The notes under the pieces were generated by a model that saw nothing but the letters and a program-made list of their open reading frames with translations, was not told the origin of the DNA and did no database searches. A program made the position numbers and the translations under genes. DNA of 64,000 nucleotides from contig OZ244048.1 in NCBI GenBank assembly GCA_965215265.1, positions 1,792,001-1,856,000 of the forward strand, given 5' to 3'. Shown here one piece after another: positions 39,128 to 48,200 of this stretch (position 1 is the first letter of the stretch; every line of letters starts with the position of its first letter). This DNA is from Candidatus Poribacteria bacterium (GTDB taxonomy: Bacteria > Poribacteria > WGA-4E > WGA-3G).

Positions 39128-40969
39128 ATGTACGGGAAAAAAAATCCAAAAGCTTCTGGCGTGAATCGCCAGAAGCCGGACCTGATTTTAGATGATGACG
39201 AAGAGCTGGAAGAATTGGATGAGGAGCTTTTTGAGCCCGCGGGAGACGCTCCGAGTTCTGGATATTCGTTGCAATTAATTCACCATATCCTGACAGAGAC
39301 ACCGGACGCAGACCGTCGTCACCGTTGGCTTCTTGAGCTCCGTCGTTCCATTCTCAGAGATGAAGGCGAATTTCAGGAGCGGGTGCACGCCATCCAGGAG
39401 GAGGCACTCCGCATACACGCGGAGATGGAAGAGCAGATAGAACAACTGACCGCCCCTGCGAACCGCATCGGCACGCTGCTCGGTTTGCCCAAAGAAGATA
39501 TCGCACGCGTGATTGTCGGAGGCTCCGAATACTACGCAAACGTTGCACCTGAACTCAGCAAGAATGTACTGAAAAAAGGCATCAGCGTGCTGTTGAACGA
39601 TGCATTTGTTGTTGTCGGTGAATTGGGATATAACGATTCGGGACCGATTGCGAAAATTGTAGAGGTGATGGGGGATGGCCGCCTTCGCGTTGGCCAAGAA
39701 CCGAACGTTCAAGGTATTCTCTTGGAACGTTCCGCCGACTTAGTTGATGTACCGCTGAAGGCAGGGGATGAAGTTCGTATAGACGCACACTACCGTGTTG
39801 CACTGGAACATATCGCTGCGAAGGAATCAGATGCCTATGCACTGGAAGCGGTGCCGGACATACCGTGGTCAAAGGTTGGTGGTCTTGATGAAACGATTCA
39901 GTTGATTAAAGATACGATTGAACTCCCCATCCTACATCCAGAGTTATTCGAAAAGTTTCAGTATAGCGCACCGAAAGGGTTCCTTCTACACGGTCCGCCA
40001 GGGTGTGGCAAGACGCTCATTGGTAAAGCCACGGCACATAATTTGACAGCACGGCTCCGGGCGGAAACGGGTAGCGATGTTGAGGGATGCTTTCTTCACA
40101 TCAAGGGCCCTGAGATTCTCAACATGTGGTTGGGTGAATCGGAGCGAAAAGTACGCGAAATCTTTCAGATTGCGCGCGAAAAGCGCCAAGATGGCAAGTT
40201 GGCGTTTGTGTTTATTGATGAGGCCGAATCCATCTTAGGTACCCGGCGTGCATTGCGTTCGCACAGCATCTCAAATACGCTCGTTCCGATGTTCTGCGCC
40301 GAGATGGACGGTATTGAATCATTACAAGATGTTGTCCTTATCCTTGCAACGAACCGGCCAGACTTGATAGATCCGGCGATACTACGCCCAGGCCGGATCG
40401 ACAGGAAAATTAAGGTGACGCGTCCGAACGAGGTTGCCGCAAAAGAGATCTTCCGGATTTATCTGACACCGGAACTACCGCTTGCGCCTGAATTGCTACA
40501 CGCTGAAGAAGAGGATGCTGCAGAGAGCAGCTCCGACGAAGGTGACCAGTCCCAAAGGAAGCGGATAGAAGCATGTATAACTGAGTTAATTACACACGTC
40601 GTTGAAGAGATGTTCCATGAAGATGAGAATAACCGGTTTTTGGAAGTCTCGCTCCGTAGTGGCCGGCGCGATATCCTATACCGGGGCCATCTTTGCAGCG
40701 GCGCAATCATCGAGTCTATTGTGCAGCGCGCCAAAGAATATGCACTGAAGCGCGCAATCCGCGAGCCGGAGCGTGAGACAGGCATCTCACGGGCAGATTT
40801 GCTTGAGGCACTCAGTGCCGAATATAGTGAAAGTGAGATTTTTCCACCGACTGAGGCAACTGAAGACTGGCTTAAGTTGCTGGATTATGACCCGGCCAAC
40901 GTCGTTAAGGTAACACCGATTAAACCTGAAAAGCAGGAACGGCGCAAAGTCTCTACACGCGTAATTTAA
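39128..40969 (+). CDS. arc: Proteasome-associated AAA ATPase (ARC/Mpa-like)
   Basis: Coiled coil and OB-like region, GPPGCGKT, IKGPEILNMWLGESER, FIDEAE, DPAILRPGRIDRKI; proteasome gene context. Confidence 0.9.
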   Translation: MYGKKNPKASGVNRQKPDLILDDDEELEELDEELFEPAGDAPSSGYSLQLIHHILTETPDADRRHRWLLELRRSILRDEGEFQERVHAIQEEALRIHAEMEEQIEQLTAPANRIGTLLGLPKEDIARVIVGGSEYYANVAPELSKNVLKKGISVLLNDAFVVVGELGYNDSGPIAKIVEVMGDGRLRVGQEPNVQGILLERSADLVDVPLKAGDEVRIDAHYRVALEHIAAKESDAYALEAVPDIPWSKVGGLDETIQLIKDTIELPILHPELFEKFQYSAPKGFLLHGPPGCGKTLIGKATAHNLTARLRAETGSDVEGCFLHIKGPEILNMWLGESERKVREIFQIAREKRQDGKLAFVFIDEAESILGTRRALRSHSISNTLVPMFCAEMDGIESLQDVVLILATNRPDLIDPAILRPGRIDRKIKVTRPNEVAAKEIFRIYLTPELPLAPELLHAEEEDAAESSSDEGDQSQRKRIEACITELITHVVEEMFHEDENNRFLEVSLRSGRRDILYRGHLCSGAIIESIVQRAKEYALKRAIREPERETGISRADLLEALSAEYSESEIFPPTEATEDWLKLLDYDPANVVKVTPIKPEKQERRKVSTRVI

Positions 40970-41340
40970 AAAATTTGTCTACTGCAGCACAATACCAATT
41001 GCTGCAATGTAAACCTTAGCACAAATCTCGTTCTTTTGTATAGTGCAGCACCACAACACCGATGGCTGTAATGAATACCCTCGCACAAATCTCGCTTTTT
41101 CGTCTACAGGCACCCGTAACAAGGCTGCTGCTTTTGATAAGTCCTTTACAAATCTCGTCTGAGCCTCCTGATGTTATGATTTTAAAGGCTATACCTAGAG
41201 CGGCTCCGACGAGATTTACACACGAGCCATCAAAAGCATAAGCGGTGATGGTACGGAGATATACGAAAAAACGAGATTTACACACGACTCATCAAAAGCA
41301 TAAGCGTTGATGGTACCAAGATATACAAAAACAAGAAAAC
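40970..41340 (+). repeat. Composite family-A cluster between arc and dop
   Basis: Repeated A left-arm and right-arm modules around one core. Confidence 0.85.
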
Positions 41341-41344
41341 AAAA

Positions 41345-42880
41345 ATGCAAAGGCTTTTTGGCATTGAAACTGAATACGGCATTACCGTCGAAAATGAGAA
41401 GCACATCGATGCCGTCAATCAATCGATTGAACTGATTAAAAGTTACCGGCGAGAGTGGGAATCTGTTCCGGCTCGTGATGCTGTCAAACCCATCTGGGAC
41501 TATGGGGGCGAAGACCCATTTCGCGACGAACGCGGGTTTCGGGCGGAAACGTTGTCTAACCATCCAGATGAAAAGATGGAAGAAGCACGCGATCGTCAGA
41601 AAAACCTCTCTTTCGTTGAGATTAAGAGCGACCGGATTTTGGTGAATGGGGCACGACTTTATAATGACCACGCGCATCCTGAATATTCGACACCAGAATG
41701 CACGCGCCTGTTTGACTTAGTCGCGCATGATAAAGCCGGTGAGCAGATTCTACAGCGGTGTGCAACAGCACGCAGTGAGAACCTTGGAAAACGCGTGCTC
41801 TTATACAAAAATAATACCGATTTCCATGGGCATAGTTACGGCTGCCATGACAATTACCTCATGGCACGAGAAGTACCTTTCGAATACCTTAAACAGAGCA
41901 TTCTGCCATTCTTTGTAACCCGTCAGATCTTCGCAGGGGCTGGCAAACTGGGCGTTGAAACTGAAGCAGGACTCGCAACACCCGGCCTATATCAGCTGTC
42001 ACAACGTTCCGATTTCTTTCACGTTGAAGCGAGCGTAGATACGATGCACAAACGTCCAATCGTCAATACGCGGGACGAACCGCACGCAGATGCCACGAAA
42101 TACCGGCGGTTACATGGCATTGTTGGAGACGCGAATATGTCAGAGTATGCAACGGCACTGAAAGTTGGTACCACAGCGCTCGTCATCTCTCTGATAGAAC
42201 AGCAGCGCATCCCGGAAAGACTTGGGCTCGCGAATCCGATTGATACTCTTAAAACGGTGTCCCATGACCAGACGTACCGGTGGAACGTTATGACTGTGGA
42301 CGGAAAAACGATGTCTGCCGTTGAGCATCAACGTGAATACCTGGCCCTGGCACAAAAATATTCAACAGACATGGACTCGGATACACTTGAGTCAGACTGG
42401 GTTCTTGCCGAATGGGAAGCAACACTAGATGCACTGGAGAGAGAGCCGATGAGGTTGACCGACCGGCTTGACTGGGTGGCGAAGAAGTGGTTACTAGAAA
42501 CTTTCGCAGCAGAAGAACGACTTGATTGGGAAGATCCGTGGTTGCAAAGCCTTGATTTAGAATATCATAACATTCATCCAGATGAAGGTTTGTTCTATGG
42601 ACTACCTATGCGCCGTGTTGTGACCGAGGAGCAGATTGATAACGCAACCCGCACACCACCCATGGGCACACGTGCCTATTTCCGTGGGACTGCTGTGCAG
42701 CGGTTTTCGGAAGCGATAACGGCTATTCAGTGGGATAGCATGACTTTCACTGTAAACGGCCGCTCAATCCCTGTAAATCTCAATGGGCTTGCTGCACCTG
42801 AAGTTGCAGCCCGCTATAACCAAACACTTGACGAATCACCGAATGTTGAAACGCTAATAAAAAAGTTAGGTCTTTTGTAA
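41345..42880 (+). CDS. dop: Dop-like deamidase/depupylase
   Basis: GIETEYG, NGARLYNDHAHPEYSTPEC, YKNNTD, NTRDEPHAD, RRLH. Confidence 0.88.
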   Translation: MQRLFGIETEYGITVENEKHIDAVNQSIELIKSYRREWESVPARDAVKPIWDYGGEDPFRDERGFRAETLSNHPDEKMEEARDRQKNLSFVEIKSDRILVNGARLYNDHAHPEYSTPECTRLFDLVAHDKAGEQILQRCATARSENLGKRVLLYKNNTDFHGHSYGCHDNYLMAREVPFEYLKQSILPFFVTRQIFAGAGKLGVETEAGLATPGLYQLSQRSDFFHVEASVDTMHKRPIVNTRDEPHADATKYRRLHGIVGDANMSEYATALKVGTTALVISLIEQQRIPERLGLANPIDTLKTVSHDQTYRWNVMTVDGKTMSAVEHQREYLALAQKYSTDMDSDTLESDWVLAEWEATLDALEREPMRLTDRLDWVAKKWLLETFAAEERLDWEDPWLQSLDLEYHNIHPDEGLFYGLPMRRVVTEEQIDNATRTPPMGTRAYFRGTAVQRFSEAITAIQWDSMTFTVNGRSIPVNLNGLAAPEVAARYNQTLDESPNVETLIKKLGLL

Positions 42881-42922
42881 ATGAGCGTCACCACAAGGTG
42901 GTGCCAATCAAAGGAGAGAGAC

Positions 42923-43120
42923 ATGGCACGCATGATAATCGCTGAACTTGAACGCAAGCAGAGAGATGTCAAACCCATCGGCCCCGATGGTGGCGATGGT
43001 AACGACGACGGTCCAAAACGCCAAGATGTGAAGCGACCGGATACGCAAGAACTCCTGAAACGGATGCGCCGGGTTGACAAAGACCAGTCGCGTCGCTATC
43101 GGCAAAGAACCGGACAGTAA
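42923..43120 (+). CDS. ubact: Ubiquitin-like/Pup-analogous modifier UBact
   Basis: Small charged protein ending RRYRQRTGQ (R[T/S]G[E/Q] signature); RBS aaggag before ATG 42923; lies between dop and prcB. Confidence 0.9.
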   Translation: MARMIIAELERKQRDVKPIGPDGGDGNDDGPKRQDVKRPDTQELLKRMRRVDKDQSRRYRQRTGQ

Positions 43121-43136
43121 GGCATCTGTCATCGGT

Positions 43137-43304
43137 TGGCGGGGTTCTGTTTTCTTGCCATGAGACAAAGAAAACCTATCCTGCCACTCGTCTGAGCCAT
43201 TTTAGGTTTTGATTTTAAAAGACTATACCTAAGGAGCCTCCGACGAGATTTACACACGATTAAACAATACATAAGCGGTGATGGTACGGAGATATACGAA
43301 AAAA
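43137..43304 (+). repeat. Family-B hairpin (43137-43186) inserted in a family-A element
   Basis: tggcgggg...cctgcca then ctcgtctgagcc...ggagatatacgaaaaaa. Confidence 0.8.
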
Positions 43305-43305
43305 C

Positions 43306-44151
43306 ATGAACCACGTTGACTGGCTGGAATTGGGCAGCAGAGAGGAGCGTTCCGTAACGAACCACAACGGAGACTTTCTGAGGCTCCTCAAACACGTCAA
43401 AGCACCCCTGCAGCTCGGGATGCCTACGTCCACGACTCAACATAGCACCGTTGCTGAAGTCGCAGAAGCACATAGCACGACTGTTATCGCGGTGCATTAC
43501 CGGGACGGTGTGATGGTTGCAGGGGACCGGCGCGCAACTGCTGGTACTTCGGTTATCTACGATAGAGCAGATAAAGTGCTGCAGGTTGATAACACTTCTG
43601 TACTCGCTATTTCCGGTTCACCTGCTATCGCGTACGAGATAGCTAGAATTTTGGAGCATTCGTTCCAATACTTTCGTCGGAGCCAACTCCAAGAACTGAG
43701 CCTGGAAGGTAAACTCCGGATGTTATCTCGATTGATACGGGAGAATCTGACGATGGCACTTCAGGGCATCGGAGCGGTTATCCCTATCTTTGCCGTATAC
43801 GATACTACTACGGAAGAGGCGCAGAAGGCGAAGATTTTCTTCTACGACGCACTAGGTGCGCACTTTGAGAATGTAGATTTCGCAACCACCGGTTCCGGCT
43901 CTATCTGGATTCGGGGCGTCCTCCGTTATCTAAACCGATGGGGCGAAACGTCCCTGCAATCCATGGATGAACGTCAGGCAACCTGCACCGTTTTGAGACT
44001 TTTGGACACCGCGAGTGAGTACGATGCCGCCACAAGTGGGTACAACGCCGCCGCACAGATTTTCCCGACTATAAAAACCGTCACAGCTGCCGGGGTTCAA
44101 ACGCTTACCGACGGATTCTTGGCTGCATGCTACGCTGAAGCGGTTTCATAG
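43306..44151 (+). CDS. prcB: 20S proteasome beta subunit
   Basis: Propeptide then HSTTVIAV...AGDRRAT, ADKV, TGSGS (Ntn hydrolase). Confidence 0.9.
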   Translation: MNHVDWLELGSREERSVTNHNGDFLRLLKHVKAPLQLGMPTSTTQHSTVAEVAEAHSTTVIAVHYRDGVMVAGDRRATAGTSVIYDRADKVLQVDNTSVLAISGSPAIAYEIARILEHSFQYFRRSQLQELSLEGKLRMLSRLIRENLTMALQGIGAVIPIFAVYDTTTEEAQKAKIFFYDALGAHFENVDFATTGSGSIWIRGVLRYLNRWGETSLQSMDERQATCTVLRLLDTASEYDAATSGYNAAAQIFPTIKTVTAAGVQTLTDGFLAACYAEAVS

Positions 44152-44154
44152 ATG

Positions 44155-44342
44155 TATTAAATCATAGCATCAAAGGATTTGGGCCCTAATCCAAAGACGA
44201 GATGTATCTATAGATAAATCTCGTCGGAGGTTAACTAGGTAATGTCTTTAAAATCGTAGACATAAACGGCTCAGACGAGATTTTCACAGGTTTTTACATT
44301 ACAGCCGCCTTGTTACGGGCTCCTGTAGACGAAAGAACGAAA
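44155..44342 (-). repeat. Family-A element
   Basis: atctatagataaatctcgtcggaggttaactaggtaatgtctttaaaa is identical to the stretch starting at 21218. Confidence 0.85.
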
Positions 44343-44344
44343 AT

Positions 44345-45139
44345 ATGCGAGATGAACCGTACCGCTGGATTGAAGCGATTCAAGACCGGCGAGATTATAT
44401 TGAAGATCAGTTAAGGCTTGGCAGTCCTGTTGTTGGGCTCGGCTATAACGACGGCATGGTGCTTGTGACACTCAGCCGCGGACAGCGTAAAATCTTTGAG
44501 GTGCATGACAGAATAGCTCTCTCCGCTATTGGGCACCCAGCGGATATTGAACAGCTCCGGATGCTGGTAACGGATACGGCGAGTGTGCAAGGTTTTCAAA
44601 ACGCAACCGCTGATGTGAATCTCCATCGCTTAACCCACTTTGTCTTAGCACACACCTTTAAACAAGCATTTGAATCGATTGTTGGTGAGGCATATATTAT
44701 CAAGATGTTGCTGGCAGAACTCGGTAGCACCGCCTCAGAGAATCGGTGGACGCTCATTAACTACGACGGCAACGTTCAAACAGATGTCACTGCTTCAGTT
44801 ATGGGCGGCACTGATGCAATTGAAGCACGGATGAAAACGTATCTCATGGAAACTGCAAATTTAGAGACGTTGTCCTCACCGCATCAGGATAGGCCGTTAG
44901 CAGCCGCTTTGCAAGTTTGCCTCAAGACCTGGGCTGTCGGAAGGGACTTAAGTCTTCGGGAAGGAGATACCGAAATAGATGCAGACACGGTTTCCGATGC
45001 GCAGCTGCGTGATGTAATTAACGAGGCACTTGACACAGGCGAGATTGAGGCAGGGGTTTTGGAAAAAACGCAATCCGGCCCGAGCAAATTTCGACGGCTG
45101 GGCACCAATGAAATTGAGCCGGCATTAGACGAATGGTAG
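44345..45139 (+). CDS. prcA: 20S proteasome alpha subunit
   Basis: DRRDYIEDQLRLGSPVV, RKIFEVHDRIAL; follows prcB. Confidence 0.87.
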   Translation: MRDEPYRWIEAIQDRRDYIEDQLRLGSPVVGLGYNDGMVLVTLSRGQRKIFEVHDRIALSAIGHPADIEQLRMLVTDTASVQGFQNATADVNLHRLTHFVLAHTFKQAFESIVGEAYIIKMLLAELGSTASENRWTLINYDGNVQTDVTASVMGGTDAIEARMKTYLMETANLETLSSPHQDRPLAAALQVCLKTWAVGRDLSLREGDTEIDADTVSDAQLRDVINEALDTGEIEAGVLEKTQSGPSKFRRLGTNEIEPALDEW

Positions 45140-45145
45140 CCGAAA

Positions 45146-46594
45146 ATGAAGCACCGCATTTTTGGAATTGAAACAGAATTTGGCTGCATGTCACAGAACG
45201 AGCAGCGGCGCGGTTCCGCGGAAGGCATCGCTGCACGCGTCCGTGACTACGTCTTCAACTACCTGGAACTCGGGATACGCGATATCCACTATCGCGATTG
45301 GGGTGAACCACCAGGCAACGGGGGGTTCTTGTTTAACGGCGGGCGCCTCTACATTGATATGGGGCACCTTGAGTATGCAACAGCAGAGTGCTGCTCACTG
45401 TTTGAACTCGTCGCACACGATAAAGCGATCGAACGCGTCATTTGCCAGATATTAGATGAGACCGGATTGCCCACCGCCTTTTTCAAAAATAATATAGATC
45501 ATTTCACAGGTGCCACTTTCGGATGCCATGAAAACTTTCAGATTCGCAGGCACGTGCCTTTTTGGCGAATCGTTATTCCGACACTCCTTCCGTTTTTTGT
45601 GACAAGACAGATTTATGCCGGCGCAGGGCGCGTCGGGGCATACAATGAAATGAGCGAATTCCCTGATTTTCAGGAGAAGCAGGAGACGCTCCCAGACTAC
45701 CAAATCTCGCAGCGTGCAGACCATATTGTCACCGAGATATACGAATGGATCCAGTTTAGCCGCGCCATTATTAACACGCGAGATGAACCCCTGAGCGACT
45801 ACACCAAATACCGGCGGCTCCATCTCCTAGTCGGGGATTCCAATATGTCAGAATTCGCTACCGCCCTTAAAGTCGGTAGCACCGCGTTGCTACTCTCTGC
45901 AGTAGAGCGATTTTACGATGGACACGGTGAACAACTGCCGCTTCCCGGCTTTGCCCTAGCCGATCCGGTGGCTGCCATTCAAAGAATCTCGCGAGATCAA
46001 ACTTTTGTCTGGCCCGTTGAATTGAAGTCTGGGAAAACGGTCACCGCTGTGGATATCCAGCGCGCTTATCTCCACTTCACTCGGCTTTACACAACTGAAG
46101 AAGACCAAGAGAGTGAGTGGGTGTTTACGGAATGGGAAACTGTTCTCAACGACCTCGAAGCGGATTGGCAGCGCGTTACTACCCGCGTCGACTGGGCAGC
46201 AAAAAAAATGTTGCTGGAGGCTTTTGCTGCCGAAGAAGGGCTCCCCTGGAATGACCCCTGGATGAAAAGCCAAGATCTGGAGTACCACAATATTCATCCA
46301 GACAGCGGACTTTACTATGCCCTGGAAGCACAAGGACACATGACGCGCGTTGTAACTGATGCACAGATTGAAGATGCAATTTATAACGCACCTCAACAGA
46401 CGCGCGCAAAAATTCGAGCATTCCTCATGCATAACCTTTCCGAAAGCCGGATGCCTTGTATCGTAGATTGGCATCACGTTTACGCCGGACAGACCGAGTG
46501 CTTTGAGTTAAACGAACCGTTTGAGACAGACCTGGTGGAAGCACGGAGATGGCTTCGAAGACTCCGAACTAAACGTAATAAAGACTATACCTAA
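45146..46594 (+). CDS. pafA: PafA-like ligase (Pup/UBact-protein ligase)
   Basis: GIETEFG, NGGRLYIDMGHLEYATAEC, FKNNID, GCHENF, INTRDEP. Confidence 0.88.
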   Translation: MKHRIFGIETEFGCMSQNEQRRGSAEGIAARVRDYVFNYLELGIRDIHYRDWGEPPGNGGFLFNGGRLYIDMGHLEYATAECCSLFELVAHDKAIERVICQILDETGLPTAFFKNNIDHFTGATFGCHENFQIRRHVPFWRIVIPTLLPFFVTRQIYAGAGRVGAYNEMSEFPDFQEKQETLPDYQISQRADHIVTEIYEWIQFSRAIINTRDEPLSDYTKYRRLHLLVGDSNMSEFATALKVGSTALLLSAVERFYDGHGEQLPLPGFALADPVAAIQRISRDQTFVWPVELKSGKTVTAVDIQRAYLHFTRLYTTEEDQESEWVFTEWETVLNDLEADWQRVTTRVDWAAKKMLLEAFAAEEGLPWNDPWMKSQDLEYHNIHPDSGLYYALEAQGHMTRVVTDAQIEDAIYNAPQQTRAKIRAFLMHNLSESRMPCIVDWHHVYAGQTECFELNEPFETDLVEARRWLRRLRTKRNKDYT

Positions 46595-46761
46595 GCAGGC
46601 TCCGCCGAGATTTACACGGTAACTAACAAAAACATAAATCTTTATAGTACGGAGATATACAAAAACCTGAAAACAATTTATACCACGTCTAGGCAGGAAC
46701 TCATCAAAGCACAGCCGCACATAACAAAAAGTGTATTCGAATATTTGGAGAAGACAGCACG

Positions 46762-47688
46762 ATGAATATCACTACCCAACGTCTCCTTAAAGACAACTTG
46801 CTGGAGATTAAGCAAATTACAGAGGAAACGCTTGGAGAAGGCACAATCATTGAAGGCGACACGCTCAACGTTCTTGGTCAGATCGATGATGATGTCGTCA
46901 AAGTGGGCATTACTTCACCACCCTATAACAAACAAGAAAAACAAAAAGGCTGGCTTGTAAAAAATGTGGTCTATGATGCCCACAAAGATGCTATGCCCGA
47001 ACTCGAGTATCAGCAGAACCAAGTCAATGTGCTGGATGAGATTTACCGTATAACCGCGCCAGGGGGTTCGTTTTTCTACAATCACAAAGTACGATGGGAT
47101 AGAGGTAACATGTACCATCCTATCGACTGGTTGCGTAAAACAAAGTGGACGGTAAAGCAGGAAATCATTTGGGACAGGGTTATCGCGGCAAATATACGAG
47201 GCTGGCGGTTTTGGCAAGTAGAGGAGCGCATTTATTGGTTATATAAGCCTATAGGCAATCACTTAATTGGCAAGGAATTGAAATCTTGCGATGCGAAGTT
47301 AACATCTATATGGCGCGGTGTGCCTGAAAATGGCAAAAAGAATCCGCATCCTGCACCGTTTCCGCTCTGGTTGCCAGCCCGCGTGATTATATCAATCCTG
47401 GGTCCAGAGACACAAGGTATTGTACTAGATCCCTACATTGGCAGCGGCACGACTGCTGTTGCCGCAAAACTTTTAGGGCATAAATATATAGGCATTGACA
47501 GAAGCGAGGCATATATAAAAATGACGCTCGACAGATTGGATAATGCTCCCAGTGAAATGACTAAAATCCGAGAGGAGCTCGCCTTGCATACTGTGCAGAC
47601 AACCTTTAAAAAACGGAAAGCAGAAGGGAAGAATGTAGGTAAATATCGAGGCGATAGGTTGTCAAGCCAATCCTCTATTAATGAATGA
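46762..47688 (+). CDS. Site-specific DNA methyltransferase (N4-C/N6-A, beta class), orphan
   Basis: TSPPY precedes HPAPFP and DPYIGSGTT; no restriction endonuclease ORF adjacent. Confidence 0.9.
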   Translation: MNITTQRLLKDNLLEIKQITEETLGEGTIIEGDTLNVLGQIDDDVVKVGITSPPYNKQEKQKGWLVKNVVYDAHKDAMPELEYQQNQVNVLDEIYRITAPGGSFFYNHKVRWDRGNMYHPIDWLRKTKWTVKQEIIWDRVIAANIRGWRFWQVEERIYWLYKPIGNHLIGKELKSCDAKLTSIWRGVPENGKKNPHPAPFPLWLPARVIISILGPETQGIVLDPYIGSGTTAVAAKLLGHKYIGIDRSEAYIKMTLDRLDNAPSEMTKIREELALHTVQTTFKKRKAEGKNVGKYRGDRLSSQSSINE

Positions 47689-47689
47689 T

Positions 47690-48135
47690 AGCATCAGAAC
47701 CCTCCGAGCTATAGATGGCAGGTATAAGGTTATCCCAATGGGTGGCGAGTGGCGGGGTTCGGTTTTCTTATCTCTCCTTTCAGAAGAGACAAAGAATTCC
47801 TTACCCTGCCATACCTAACCTGGCACGAGATTTACACGGTAATTAACATAACATAGAGCATTATAGGGCTGAAATATACAAAAACATAAAACTCGTCTGA
47901 GCCGACTTAGGTATTGTCTTTAAAGTCAAAACCTAAGGAATCTCCGACGAGATTTACACAGTCATTGACAATACATAGTTATCGGGCTGAAATATACAAA
48001 AATGATTCCGTGCTCGCGTCGCTCGACTGCATCATTTTTTTAGAATGCCTTAAGTATTTTATGGAAGTATATCTTGGTACCATCAACGTTTATGTTTTGT
48101 TTTCTTGTATATCTCCGTTGCTGCAGTTTATAAAA
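47690..48135. repeat. Composite family-A/B cluster
   Basis: B at 47716-47811; A composite 47825-48002; A ends at about 48066-48120. Confidence 0.85.
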
Positions 48136-48200
48136 AGCTGCAAAATAGCTTAGCAACTTTAGTTTTTTTGAAACTACGCTCGATAAAAAAAGGAGATTGA

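Noticed and set aside
41016-41340. Short ORFs such as MCKSRFFVYLRT..., also at 20729, 28529, 34408, 47914 and 57142
   Set aside because: Translations of repeat DNA or antisense shadows with no independent coding evidence
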